The notes under the pieces: generated by a model
What the model saw: only the letters and a program-made list of their open reading frames with translations
What the model was told of the DNA's origin: nothing
Database searches by the model: none
Assembly: GCA_050246315.1 (NCBI GenBank)
Contig: JBFWWG010000001.1
Span: 625,128-689,127 of the forward strand
Direction: 5' to 3'
Length of the DNA: 64,000 nucleotides
DNA from: Nitrospiraceae bacterium
Lineage (GTDB): Bacteria; Nitrospirota; Nitrospiria; Nitrospirales; Nitrospiraceae
In this document: positions 27,290-36,995 of the stretch, in pieces
How positions within the stretch are numbered: the stretch's first letter is position 1
How the letters are laid out: the number at the start of each line of letters is the position of its first letter
Made by a program: the position numbers and the translations under genes

Positions 27290-30200
27290 ATGACGAGCTT
27301 GTTACATCAACATAAGCGAAGGCGCCGCCGGGGGACCTTGTTGCCTCTCCAGGCGGCGTTGCTGGCAGGGAGTTTGGCCGCAGGCCCAGGACTCTTTGCA
27401 GCCGGAGAGGGTGACCTCTCCCATGAAGGCCATGCCACTCCGGTGGCGTTGCCTGGATGGACCCAGGCCCTGAAGGGCCAGACGGTGGTCGAGGATGCCA
27501 TCGAAGGGCGGGCCGGCCGTTCGGAGAAGATCGAGCTGCAGCACCATCGGGTCATGCGCAAGATGGAAGAGCAAATGGCGGCCGATGCGCAGGTGCAGCA
27601 GACATCCGGTGCATTCAACGGGATGTCGATGATGCACCAGTACATGGGGCAGGATGGTTCGAGCTTCCTGCTCATGACGGACCCGTCCAAGGGAGAGCCT
27701 GTCTCCCTGTCAGGCGGCAAGTGCCCGTCCGGGGTACCGACCAAGCAGTATGACATCTCGATGATCAACGTCGAGGTCACGCTGAATCGCTGGTTGGACT
27801 TCTATCCCGGTTACATGTATGCGCTGACCAAGGATCTCGACAAAGTCCGCGCGGAAGAGGCCAAGAACAAGGCGGCCCGCGAGAAGGATGGGTATGACCC
27901 AGGAGCGGTCACGACCGGCCTTCAGGGCGACGCGATTCAGCCGCTGGTGCTCCGAGCCAATCAAGGCGACTGCGTGAAGTTCACTTTGCGCAACCAGATG
28001 GAGGGGGAGGACGGGAGCTTGCACATCCAATCCTCCAGCATGGTCGTCAGTGCCACCGGCAAGGCGGCCACGACCACCAATCCGGAGTCCATCGTAGAAC
28101 CGGGCAAGGCGGTCGAGATGGAATGGTACATCCATCCGGGGACTCAAGAAGGGGTTCGCCAGTTCCACTCCTTCAGTCATGATCGGGAATTGACGGTGTT
28201 GGGATTGTTCGGCGCGTTCGTGATCGAGCCGAAGGGCTCGAAGTATCTGGATCCGCTTGGGACCGGGGCCGCGCCTGACACGCAGAGCGGCTGGCAGGTC
28301 ATGATCGACAATGGGACCGGGCCCGACTTCCGCGAGTTCGTGATCTTCTATCACGAGATCGGCGACGAGGCTTTTCGGCCGGTCAACAAGAAGGGCGACT
28401 TCCTCCCGCAGCGCGATCCCTTGACCGATGCCTATCGTCCGGGCGGCCGGGCGATCAACTATCGCAGCGAGCCATTCGGGATCGATCAGATGCACCTCCA
28501 GCACGAGTACTTCGGCTTCGAGGATGAATCGTTGGCCTACAGCGCCTATACCTTCGGCGATGTGCCGACGACGATTCCACGCGGCTACCTCGGCGATCCG
28601 GTGAAATGGCGCATCGTGCACGGCGGGTCCGAAGTATTCCATTCGCATCATCCGCATAGCGGATCGATCCGCTGGCAGCGCAGTCCGGGCACAGAGCCCA
28701 ATTCGCTCTGGGCCGCTGGGCAGGATGGGCCGGTGAAGTATCCGGTCGTGCGCACCAAGTCCGATCGTGTGGACGTGGAAGTGATCGGACCATCCGAAGC
28801 GTTGGATCTCGAACCGGAATGCGGTGGTGGTGGATGCCAGCACCTCGCCGGCGAGTTCCTCTTCCACTGCCACGTGGCGCATCACTACGTCGCGGGCATG
28901 TGGGGCTATGGACGGTTCTACAACACCCTGCAGATGGGGGCCGGTCACACGGACACCATGCCCGACATGCGGGAGTTGCCGGATCGCGCCGGTCGCATGA
29001 AGCTGGGGGTCAGCTCGGCTGAGCTGATCGGCAAGACGATCGACTGGTTCGGGAAGACTTTCAAGATCGTCGACAAGAACCAGAAGAGCAACTGGAAGTC
29101 TGATCCGGTTGTCGTGAACATCAAGGACTGGGTCGAAATGTTCATCCCGGCGCAAGGCAAGCCGGGCCATACGGACGACGAGAAGGGCCAGATCATGGCC
29201 TACGATGCGACTGTGTGGGATTGGAAGTGGGACGGTAACGTCGCCAAGGGTGAACGGGAAAGCACCACGGTGCATCCCAAGTATCCCGCAGCGGCAAAGT
29301 GGGACGACAGCACCAGACCGGTGATCCAGTTCGACCCGACCACCGGGAAGATGGCCTGGCCGTTGTTCAAGCCGCACTACGGCAAGCGGGTGCCGTTCTC
29401 GGCCAACCACAGCGGGGCGCCCTGGCTGGAGCCGATCCACCAGGACGAAAACGGTGAGCGCACCTCCGAGCCGGCCAAGCCTGGCGAGCAGGGCAATTGG
29501 TCGCTGTGTCCGGAGAATGCGAACCAGAAATTCTACAACATCCACTTCATCCGGCTGCCGATCACCCTGGCGAAGAAACAGGGGAACGAGCCTCCAATTG
29601 TTGACAAGGACGGGTTGATCTACGTCCTGCACGAGGAGGAGCGGGTGACGCGCGCCAATGATGACCTGAAGTATCCCTTGGTCATCCGCGCGAACGTCTA
29701 CGATTGCGTAGACGTGGTGCTGACCAGCGAGTGGGACGATGACGACTTCACGAATTTCCAAGCGTCGAAGATCAACATCCATCCCCACTTCTTCCAATTC
29801 GACACGGGGAACTCCGACGGCGTGATCTCGGGATTCGAGTACGAGATGTCCACCCGTCCGTTCACGCAGTTCTCGAAGCCGAAGAAGACCGGTTTGCCGG
29901 TTCCGATGAACAGCAAGCTGGTGGAGGGTGTGAAGGCGGGGGCCAAGTCCATCAAGGTGAAGTTGGCCGCCGGTGCGAGCAAGTATCATGTCAACACCGA
30001 AATGCTTGTGGGGGCCGATTGTCTCCGCCCGCACAAGGATCCCTCGGTCTCCGTGGACCGCGATTTCAGTTGTTCCGAGGTCGCGCGCATCAAGGAGATC
30101 AACGGTGACACGCTCACGTTCTTCAAGCCGCTGAAGCACGACCATCCGGCCGGCGATATCGTGACGCCGGAGTTCGTGCGCTATCGGTGGTGGGTGGACG

Positions 30201-32242
30201 TGGATATGGGGACCGTGTTCTGGCACGACCATGCGTTCGGCGCCACGACCTGGCCGCACGGCGGGTTCGGCGTGACTTTGGTCGAGCCCTTTGGGGCAAC
30301 GTACCACGATCCCAAGAACGGCAAGAAGGTGTGGAGCGGTCCGATTGCGGACATCCACGCCAATGAGCCGATCGGCCACGGCGTGAGCGGCAGCTTCCGT
30401 GAGCTCATGGTCTCCATCCATGACACGGTGCCGCACACCGTGAACATCATCCAGGCCGGCAACCCGCCCGGGCAGCCGGTCGAAGTGGCGTTGGAGGCCG
30501 GAAAAACCGTGTCCTTCCAGATGCCGGAGAAGATCCAGAATGCGCCGAATCCGTACCTCAACGGCGGCACGCATACGACCGGCAGCGGCTTCAACTTCAG
30601 GGCCGAGCCGTTCCAACTGCGGCTGAACAACAATCCGGACACGTCGAAGTTGTTCAGCAGCACGATCCATGGAGACCCGGATACGCCGCTGCTTCGCGCG
30701 TACGTCGGTGACACCATGGTGTTCCGGTTGTTGCATCAATTGATGAACGAATCGCACGTGTGGACGATCGCGGGCCATACCTTCCTCACGGAACGGTACG
30801 CCGGGGACGCCAATCGGAAGAACTCGATCCACGTCGGGATCGCCGAGCGGTACGACCTGGTGACCAAGGCCGGCGGCTTCCAGGGCATGCCGGGTGACTA
30901 CATCCACTTCAACGGCCGAAGCTCGCACTTCGCCGAAGGCGGATGGGGCATCGTGCGCGTGCTCGACAAGCCGGTGGCGGATCTGAAGCCGTTGCCGAAG
31001 GGTACGAATCCGATAGGGATTCCGCCCATTCCTTCCTCGGTCTGTCCAGCCGGCGCGCCGGCGAAGAACTTCAATGTGGTGGCGTTGGATCGCCCGTTGA
31101 AGCTGAATCCCAAGGCGCCGGACGCGATCGAGGTGGACTTCGAGCGCAAGATCGAAATGACCGTGCCGGAAGGCAAGATCTTCGCGCTGGAGGATGAGGT
31201 CACCAAGGTGGCGGGGGATGTGATGCCGCATCCGCTCACGCTTCGAGTGAACCTCGGCGACTGCATCAAAGTGAACCTGAAAAACAAGATGAAGAACAGC
31301 CGGGCTTCCTTCTTCGCGCCCGGGCTGGCCTTTGACCCCAGGGATTCACAGGGTCTGAACGTCGGCAACAACGGCGGCGAGCAGACGGTGGGTTCGGGGG
31401 AGAGCCGCACCTACACCTTCTACGCGCATCCAGACAACAAGGAGACGACGTCGCTGGTGTGGGACGGCGGGAACATTGTCGTGAATCCGCGCAACGGTCT
31501 CTATGGGGCGATCATCGTCGGACCGCGCGGGTCGCAGTACCGCGATCCGGTGAGCGGCGAGGATCTCTCGCAGAAGAACGCCTGGCGCGCGGACGTGATC
31601 GTCGATGCGTCGCTGCCCGAGAACGCGGGCAAGCGGAATTACCGGGATGTGGCCCTCTTCTTCCAGGATGAGGACAACATCATCGGCACCGCGTTCATGC
31701 CCTATGTCCAGAACGTGGCGGGGTTGACGGCCGTGAACTACCGGTCGGAGCCCTACAAGTTCCGTGAGGAGCAGGGGTGTAACCTTGGGAAGATCTTCCA
31801 GCCTTGCACGGTGGATAAGCCCGAGGATCCGATCACCCCGCTCATCGAAGCGCACGCGGGCGATCCGGTTCGGATCCATGTGATCGGCGCCAATAGCGAA
31901 CAGAACGGCATGTTCTCGGTGGAAGGCCATGAGTGGCCGATCGAGCCCTATATGCCGGGTGCCGACATGATCAGCACGGTGGAGTACTCCGGGTCTGAAA
32001 CCCTGGACGTGTTCCTCCGCGGCGGGGCGGGCGGACCGTATCGGTTGGCCGGAGATTACCTCTGGTCCAATCAGCGGCTCCCGTACACGCAATCCGGACA
32101 GTGGGGGTATTTCCGGGTGCTGCCGGCGGGCGATCAGCGGGTCCTCCCGCTGGGAGCGGCTGCGGCGGCAGGCCGGCGGGCCGAAGCGGAACCGGCACAA
32201 CCGGTCAGGGAAGCACAGGCAGTTCCCACAGCCGCACGGTAG
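27290..32242 (+). CDS. Very large multicopper oxidase with MnxG-like motif order, probably Tat-exported
   Basis: RBS AAGGAGG; Arg-rich signal RRRRRGTLL; Cu motifs in the order HSHHPH, HCHVAHHYVAGM, IHPHF, FWHDH; repeated cupredoxin segments (PLVLRANQGDC, PLVIRANVYDC, PLLRAYVGD, PLTLRVNLGDC, PLIEAHAGD). Confidence 0.88.
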   Translation: MTSLLHQHKRRRRRGTLLPLQAALLAGSLAAGPGLFAAGEGDLSHEGHATPVALPGWTQALKGQTVVEDAIEGRAGRSEKIELQHHRVMRKMEEQMAADAQVQQTSGAFNGMSMMHQYMGQDGSSFLLMTDPSKGEPVSLSGGKCPSGVPTKQYDISMINVEVTLNRWLDFYPGYMYALTKDLDKVRAEEAKNKAAREKDGYDPGAVTTGLQGDAIQPLVLRANQGDCVKFTLRNQMEGEDGSLHIQSSSMVVSATGKAATTTNPESIVEPGKAVEMEWYIHPGTQEGVRQFHSFSHDRELTVLGLFGAFVIEPKGSKYLDPLGTGAAPDTQSGWQVMIDNGTGPDFREFVIFYHEIGDEAFRPVNKKGDFLPQRDPLTDAYRPGGRAINYRSEPFGIDQMHLQHEYFGFEDESLAYSAYTFGDVPTTIPRGYLGDPVKWRIVHGGSEVFHSHHPHSGSIRWQRSPGTEPNSLWAAGQDGPVKYPVVRTKSDRVDVEVIGPSEALDLEPECGGGGCQHLAGEFLFHCHVAHHYVAGMWGYGRFYNTLQMGAGHTDTMPDMRELPDRAGRMKLGVSSAELIGKTIDWFGKTFKIVDKNQKSNWKSDPVVVNIKDWVEMFIPAQGKPGHTDDEKGQIMAYDATVWDWKWDGNVAKGERESTTVHPKYPAAAKWDDSTRPVIQFDPTTGKMAWPLFKPHYGKRVPFSANHSGAPWLEPIHQDENGERTSEPAKPGEQGNWSLCPENANQKFYNIHFIRLPITLAKKQGNEPPIVDKDGLIYVLHEEERVTRANDDLKYPLVIRANVYDCVDVVLTSEWDDDDFTNFQASKINIHPHFFQFDTGNSDGVISGFEYEMSTRPFTQFSKPKKTGLPVPMNSKLVEGVKAGAKSIKVKLAAGASKYHVNTEMLVGADCLRPHKDPSVSVDRDFSCSEVARIKEINGDTLTFFKPLKHDHPAGDIVTPEFVRYRWWVDVDMGTVFWHDHAFGATTWPHGGFGVTLVEPFGATYHDPKNGKKVWSGPIADIHANEPIGHGVSGSFRELMVSIHDTVPHTVNIIQAGNPPGQPVEVALEAGKTVSFQMPEKIQNAPNPYLNGGTHTTGSGFNFRAEPFQLRLNNNPDTSKLFSSTIHGDPDTPLLRAYVGDTMVFRLLHQLMNESHVWTIAGHTFLTERYAGDANRKNSIHVGIAERYDLVTKAGGFQGMPGDYIHFNGRSSHFAEGGWGIVRVLDKPVADLKPLPKGTNPIGIPPIPSSVCPAGAPAKNFNVVALDRPLKLNPKAPDAIEVDFERKIEMTVPEGKIFALEDEVTKVAGDVMPHPLTLRVNLGDCIKVNLKNKMKNSRASFFAPGLAFDPRDSQGLNVGNNGGEQTVGSGESRTYTFYAHPDNKETTSLVWDGGNIVVNPRNGLYGAIIVGPRGSQYRDPVSGEDLSQKNAWRADVIVDASLPENAGKRNYRDVALFFQDEDNIIGTAFMPYVQNVAGLTAVNYRSEPYKFREEQGCNLGKIFQPCTVDKPEDPITPLIEAHAGDPVRIHVIGANSEQNGMFSVEGHEWPIEPYMPGADMISTVEYSGSETLDVFLRGGAGGPYRLAGDYLWSNQRLPYTQSGQWGYFRVLPAGDQRVLPLGAAAAAGRRAEAEPAQPVREAQAVPTAAR

Positions 32243-32270
32243 TCCGGTTCTGACAGAGCAGTGAGGACCT

Positions 32271-32313
32271 GGGGGAGCTGCGTGGAGTCCATGCGGCTCC
32301 CCCGTTCTCTTTT
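32271..32313 (+). terminator. Intrinsic terminator or stabilising hairpin after the multicopper oxidase
   Basis: GGGGGAGCTGCGTGGA-G-TCCATGCGGCTCCCCC followed by GTTCTCTTTT. Confidence 0.7.
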
Positions 32314-32472
32314 AGAACGTAAAGGGTTGAGTATTGGGGATCACGTGCTGGATGAGCGAAGGTTGGTGTGCAGACGAGAGAATCACCGAAGGCTGTTCTT
32401 CGGCGGCGTCCATGAAGGGGGGCGTCGCCCAGTGAGCCGCCGGTTCTAGCAAAGCTTGGTATGGAGGCCGGA

Positions 32473-33417
32473 ATGGGTAGTCACACAATGACCAGATGGG
32501 TAGCGGTGTTGGTGCTGGGGGGGTGGCTATGGGCTGGTCAAGCCCGTGCCTATGAAGAGATCACCGTATCGGACGGTGGGACCGTCACCGGGGTCGTCAC
32601 GCTTGACGGAAAGGTTCCTAAGCCCAAGGGGTACAACTTGACGACGTTGCCGGACCCGTTTTACTGCGGGCGCATCTCGGATGGGGCGGGCTGGCGCATC
32701 TTGCAGCCGTTTCAGGTTGGGCCGGGAGGCGAGTTTCGCGATGTCGTCGTCTACTTGGAAGGCATTGAAAAAGGCAAGCCCTTTGAGGACACGGGGATCC
32801 CGCAGATCGAAGCGAAAGATTGTCTCTTCGTCCCGTTCACGACGGTGGTCCGGGACAGTCAAACGGTGACGGTGGTCAACATGGACCCCGTCATGCACGA
32901 CATTCAAGCTTACGAAACCTCGCATTTGGGTCCGCGCGTGCTGTTCAACGTGCCGCTGCCGATGAACCCGCAGCATCCGCGTGAGTTGAAAGATCGGACC
33001 GACGCCGGCCTGTATCACCGGCATATGGCCGGCGCGCCGATGAAGCAACTGGTCAATCTCAGCAAGGGGCGCCGAATCTTCGTCATGCAGTGCGGCTTCC
33101 ATGCCTACATGGAGAGCTGGGGTCTGGCCGTGATGAACCCCTACTTCGCTAAGACGGACGAGCGAGGCCGGTTCACCCTGTCGGATGTGCCGCCGGGTAC
33201 CTACAAACTGGTCGTCTGGCACCCCTATGTTCGTTCGGCGACGGAACGAACCGTGACCATCGGTCCGAAGGAGAAGGTAGACGTGACGATTGCGGTCTCG
33301 GCCCCAACGGGGAGGCTCTATGCCAACGAGGTGTTGGATCATCCGTACAATCGTTACAGCGTGACCGAGGAAACGCAGCAGGAAATCGATCCCCTGCTGC
33401 AGAAGCAGGATCGCTGA
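32473..33417 (+). CDS. Exported protein with a cupredoxin-like core and a carboxypeptidase-regulatory-like domain
   Basis: Signal peptide ending ARA; CLFVPF, NMDPVMHDI, CGFHAYM, NPYFAKTDERGRFTLSDVPPGTYKLVVWHP. Confidence 0.8.
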   Translation: MGSHTMTRWVAVLVLGGWLWAGQARAYEEITVSDGGTVTGVVTLDGKVPKPKGYNLTTLPDPFYCGRISDGAGWRILQPFQVGPGGEFRDVVVYLEGIEKGKPFEDTGIPQIEAKDCLFVPFTTVVRDSQTVTVVNMDPVMHDIQAYETSHLGPRVLFNVPLPMNPQHPRELKDRTDAGLYHRHMAGAPMKQLVNLSKGRRIFVMQCGFHAYMESWGLAVMNPYFAKTDERGRFTLSDVPPGTYKLVVWHPYVRSATERTVTIGPKEKVDVTIAVSAPTGRLYANEVLDHPYNRYSVTEETQQEIDPLLQKQDR

Positions 33418-33435
33418 ACATAGCCAAGACGTTGA

Positions 33436-33495
33436 TGGTCAACGGTCGGTCGTGATGTCGTTCGTCTGGGAATGAGGCTTGACGAATGATGATGA
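33436..33495. repeat. 7-nt-periodic inverted array (family B), degenerate
   Basis: GGTCAAC GGTCGGT CGTGAT...TGAGGCT TGACGAA TGATGA. Confidence 0.45.
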
Positions 33496-33657
33496 TTCAG
33501 AGGACGCCGCTGTTGCGAGGACGGTCCAGGCAGCCGATCGGCGAATGCGCCGGAGGTCTGGATACCGTGGACGAATCGATCGTTCGATGGAGCTGGCTCG
33601 TCCTGGGATGGGGTGCGGTCACGTCTGTCGTTCTGCAGGGTGACGAGGAGGCCGAAC

Positions 33658-34659
33658 ATGAAACCGAATGAAACCGATGTGCTCAAGGTCGTGGATAAGG
33701 TCGCCACGTTGTTGCTGGGGCTGGCCGTCCTCCTGATGGTGGCCAGCGTGGCATGGGGGCTGGATACGCAGGACATCAGCGTCGAGTGGACGCCGGAGGG
33801 AAAGCGTCTGGCGATGGAGCGGGCCGCGCTTCCGACCAACGATGTGATGGTCCGCATCCCGGCCGGTGAGTTCCTGATGGGGAGTGTGCGCCAGGTGGAT
33901 CGCAACGCCTACCCTGCCGAGTTCCCGCAGCGCCGCGTTTGGCTGGATGCCTACGATATCGACAAGTACGAGGTGACGGCGCTCCAGTACCTGAAGTTCG
34001 TCGTGGCCACCGACCGCCAGCCGCTGTTGGACTGGCGCTACGACGGGGGCAATTTTCAGGAGAACATGGCGCATCATCCAGTCATGCACGTGACCTGGTT
34101 TGACGCCGATGCCTATTGCAAGTGGGCCGGCAACCGGCTTCCGACCGAAGCGGAGTGGGAAAAAGCGGCCCGAGGCGAAGACGGTCGTATTTTTCCCTGG
34201 GGCAATCAGATGGCCGGGTTGACGCGAGCCAACTACGGCCGGACCGGCCTATCTGGCCCGGTCCGCGATCGCCCGGAGCGGCTGCTGCTCTATCCTCCGA
34301 TCATCAGCGTCGAGAAGTATGAGAACTCGGTCAGTCCCTACGGGCTTCATCAAATGGCCGGGAATGTCGCCGAATGGGTGGCGGATTGGTACGACCGGGA
34401 GTACTACAAATCGGCGTCCGAACGAAATCCCAAGGGGCCTGACTCGGGCACAAACCGAGCCTTCCGCGGCGGTGGATGGATCGACAGCACTCCGACGGTT
34501 CGGGTGGCGCAGCGCAACGGGTCGCCGCCGGATACGAAAATGAACTGGCTTGGATTCCGGTGCGCTCGCGACGCGCAGGAATCATCGGGTGCGAAACTCT
34601 CCCTGGCTCAGCCCGAGAGAATAGGGCCGGCCGACGCCGGACCGAGCAGCGTGCGATGA
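33658..34659 (+). CDS. FGE-sulfatase (SUMF1/EgtB/PvdO) domain protein, exported, lacking the catalytic Cys pair
   Basis: MVRIPAGEFLMGS, HPVMHVTW, RLPTEAEWEKAARG, SPYGLHQMAGNVAEWV, RGGGW (no CxxxxC), GFRC. Confidence 0.88.
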   Translation: MKPNETDVLKVVDKVATLLLGLAVLLMVASVAWGLDTQDISVEWTPEGKRLAMERAALPTNDVMVRIPAGEFLMGSVRQVDRNAYPAEFPQRRVWLDAYDIDKYEVTALQYLKFVVATDRQPLLDWRYDGGNFQENMAHHPVMHVTWFDADAYCKWAGNRLPTEAEWEKAARGEDGRIFPWGNQMAGLTRANYGRTGLSGPVRDRPERLLLYPPIISVEKYENSVSPYGLHQMAGNVAEWVADWYDREYYKSASERNPKGPDSGTNRAFRGGGWIDSTPTVRVAQRNGSPPDTKMNWLGFRCARDAQESSGAKLSLAQPERIGPADAGPSSVR

Positions 34660-34669
34660 TCGACCAGGG

Positions 34670-34796
34670 GTGATTCGTCAACCGTCATCCGCCACAGGTC
34701 AATCGAAAGGAAGCGGAGGCGATGAAGGAGATCCGGTCTCTTCCGAAAATGACGATTGGCCATTGACGGCTGATGTCGGTGGTGCACGGCGATTGC
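34670..34796. repeat. 7-nt-periodic inverted array (family B)
   Basis: CGTCAAC CGTCATC CGCCACA GGTCAAT ... ATGACGA TTGGCCA TTGACGG CTGATG. Confidence 0.6.
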
Positions 34797-34842
34797 CGCA
34801 GACATGTTGATGAATCGTGTGGGCGCGATGAGGAGACGACTC

Positions 34843-35598
34843 ATGGCGATCATGCCGCCCGATGTCGAGTCGAGGCTTCAGCAGATTCGCAACGATCTGG
34901 ATCTCCAGTTGGTGCACAGCCAATATTGGCTGCAGGATGAATTCGTCGTGCTCGACAAATTGCTGCCGCAGGATCTGATGGATGCGATCGTGGCCGAAGC
35001 CAGGCTTGTTCAACCCAGCATGAACCGCAATTACGTCCCGGGTCACAAGAAGGGCGGGAGCGTCAGTTTCTACACCTTGCGGGAACAGGCGCCGGCCACG
35101 CTCAGCCTGTACCGGTCCTCGGCCTGGCGGTGGCTCCTGAGCCGCATCACGGAATCGGATCTCCTATTGTGTCCAGAGGACGATCCCCATTCCTGCGCGC
35201 TCTATTACTACACCAAGCCCGGTGATCACATCGGATTCCACTACGATACCTCCTACTACAAAGGCCAGCGGTACACCGTGCTGATCGGCTTGGTCGAACG
35301 ATCGGACCATTGCCGACTGGTGGCCCGGGTCCGCACCAAAGGTCAGGCGGAAGAGATCAGGGAGACCAGGATTCCCATGGGGCCGGGCGCGGTCGTCCTG
35401 TTCAACGGCGATCGACTCTGGCACGCCGTGACTCCCTTGGCGGAGGGAGAAGAGCGCATCGTGCTGACGTTGCAATATGTGACGAATCAGGCGATGGGAC
35501 CGGCGAAGCGTCTGTTCTCGAACTTGAAGGACGCCTTTGCCTACTTTGGACCGGCCGTGTTGGCGCGGCGCCGATCCGGGACTGCCGGGGGAACGTGA
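34843..35598 (+). CDS. Fe(II)/2-oxoglutarate-dependent oxygenase
   Basis: GFHYD...LWHAVTP...ERIVL (HxD..H triad and 2OG-binding Arg); RBS AGGAGA; alternative start 34804. Confidence 0.82.
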   Translation: MAIMPPDVESRLQQIRNDLDLQLVHSQYWLQDEFVVLDKLLPQDLMDAIVAEARLVQPSMNRNYVPGHKKGGSVSFYTLREQAPATLSLYRSSAWRWLLSRITESDLLLCPEDDPHSCALYYYTKPGDHIGFHYDTSYYKGQRYTVLIGLVERSDHCRLVARVRTKGQAEEIRETRIPMGPGAVVLFNGDRLWHAVTPLAEGEERIVLTLQYVTNQAMGPAKRLFSNLKDAFAYFGPAVLARRRSGTAGGT

Positions 35599-35720
35599 CC
35601 ACGCGATCGCACAGGAGGGATGACGGGCGAACGAAACGACTGTGACACGACGAAACAGGCGCTCGGGGCCGGCCGAACGTTCATGCAATGCACCGATCTC
35701 ATTCGAGGAGAGACACGAGC

Positions 35721-36419
35721 ATGGACAACCGGCGGTATCGCGAGACATGGATCTGTGTGGGTGTGATCGTGGTCGTGCTGGGCCTGACAGGGTGGCAGCC
35801 TGCCCGGGCGCAGGACGAACTCGGCAACATGGTGTTTTTCAGGGGCGGCTATGTGTACATGTTCAGCGATCGGGCGAATGAAATTTTCACCGACACGCAG
35901 AATGCGTTGGGGCAGGGGAACAATACGGGCGATCAGGGGTGGTATGTCGGGGCCGGACTCGATTTGGTCCTCTCGAAGGACACCTGGGGGGCGATGAGCA
36001 AGACCTGGGTAGTGGGGGAGATTGGTCTGCAATTCAATCGGTTGAACTCGAAGACCGTCACCAGCGCGGTCCCGACGCTGACGGCACTCGCCGGTGTGCC
36101 GCTTGGCGGAGGGACGACGCCGGCTCAGACACAATTGACGATGGTGACGATCAATGTGGCGCCGAAGATCAAGTTCATGGAAGGGAGCCGGTTTCGCCCC
36201 TGGATTATTCCGGTCGGATTGGACATCCACGTCATGAGTCCGCCTTCCAATCAAACGCAGTACCTGGACGTGGGCGTGCAGTTCGGGGCCGGGTTCGAGT
36301 TTCAACTCTGGAAGGCCTTCAAGCTCGGCGCGGATGCCCGGTACCATTTGACCGCCAACCTGACCAACACGACGAACAACTATTTCCAGGCGGGACCGTA
36401 CGTGGGCATTTCGTTTTGA
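35721..36419 (+). CDS. Outer-membrane beta-barrel (porin-like) protein
   Basis: RBS GAGGAG; signal peptide ending ARA; NMVFFRGG, WYVGAGLD, PKIKFMEGSRFRPWIIP, GADARYH; C-terminal Phe. Confidence 0.8.
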   Translation: MDNRRYRETWICVGVIVVVLGLTGWQPARAQDELGNMVFFRGGYVYMFSDRANEIFTDTQNALGQGNNTGDQGWYVGAGLDLVLSKDTWGAMSKTWVVGEIGLQFNRLNSKTVTSAVPTLTALAGVPLGGGTTPAQTQLTMVTINVAPKIKFMEGSRFRPWIIPVGLDIHVMSPPSNQTQYLDVGVQFGAGFEFQLWKAFKLGADARYHLTANLTNTTNNYFQAGPYVGISF

Positions 36420-36458
36420 TCTGACAGGCGGGGTTCCATCGCCATGGGAGGATCGGCA

Positions 36459-36995
36459 ATGCGCCTCGACGTTCGTGTTCCGGCCGCCGCTGTTTGTGAG
36501 CGGCGGAACCTGTTCCTGCTGATGTTGGCCGCTTGTGCCGAGATGCATGACAGAGGGAGCCCCGGCGAAACGATCGCGACGCTGGATGACTTTCCCGCGC
36601 AACTGGATCTGGCGTTAGACCTGGTCGAAGCCGTGAAGCCGCTTCCATCGGTCCGGGCGACCATGAATGGTCGCCCGGTCGCCAACCTCACCAGACTGTG
36701 GCACACGCTCTCGTGCTATCGCGAAAGCTTGGGCGAGACGGATCCCCGGACATTCTGCAGGAGGCAAGCCGTGCGCGTCGGTGGGACAGGGGGCTGTCCT
36801 GATCCCGCCTGCGGCTCGTCCTGCTCCTTCATCTGCGCCCGGTGCTGCCAGCTTGTCGGAGAGGAGGGGCAGAGGCCGAGCGGGGATCGCCTGTCCAGGG
36901 TCGCGGTCGATGCGGAAGTGGACTGGTGTCCCAATCTGCCCTTGTTCCGTTCGAATGAGAACCGGGAGGTCCAGGATGAACACGATTTACTATGA
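36459..36995 (+). CDS. Cys-rich hypothetical protein
   Basis: RBS GGAGG; C-x4-C-x3-C-x3-C-x2-CC cluster plus WCPNL; fills the gap in a same-strand run. Confidence 0.65.
   Translation: MRLDVRVPAAAVCERRNLFLLMLAACAEMHDRGSPGETIATLDDFPAQLDLALDLVEAVKPLPSVRATMNGRPVANLTRLWHTLSCYRESLGETDPRTFCRRQAVRVGGTGGCPDPACGSSCSFICARCCQLVGEEGQRPSGDRLSRVAVDAEVDWCPNLPLFRSNENREVQDEHDLL

Noticed and set aside
27710..31231. 1173-aa ORF antisense to the multicopper oxidase
   Set aside because: Shadow frame caused by strong GC codon bias; no motifs; the plus-strand gene carries all the signal
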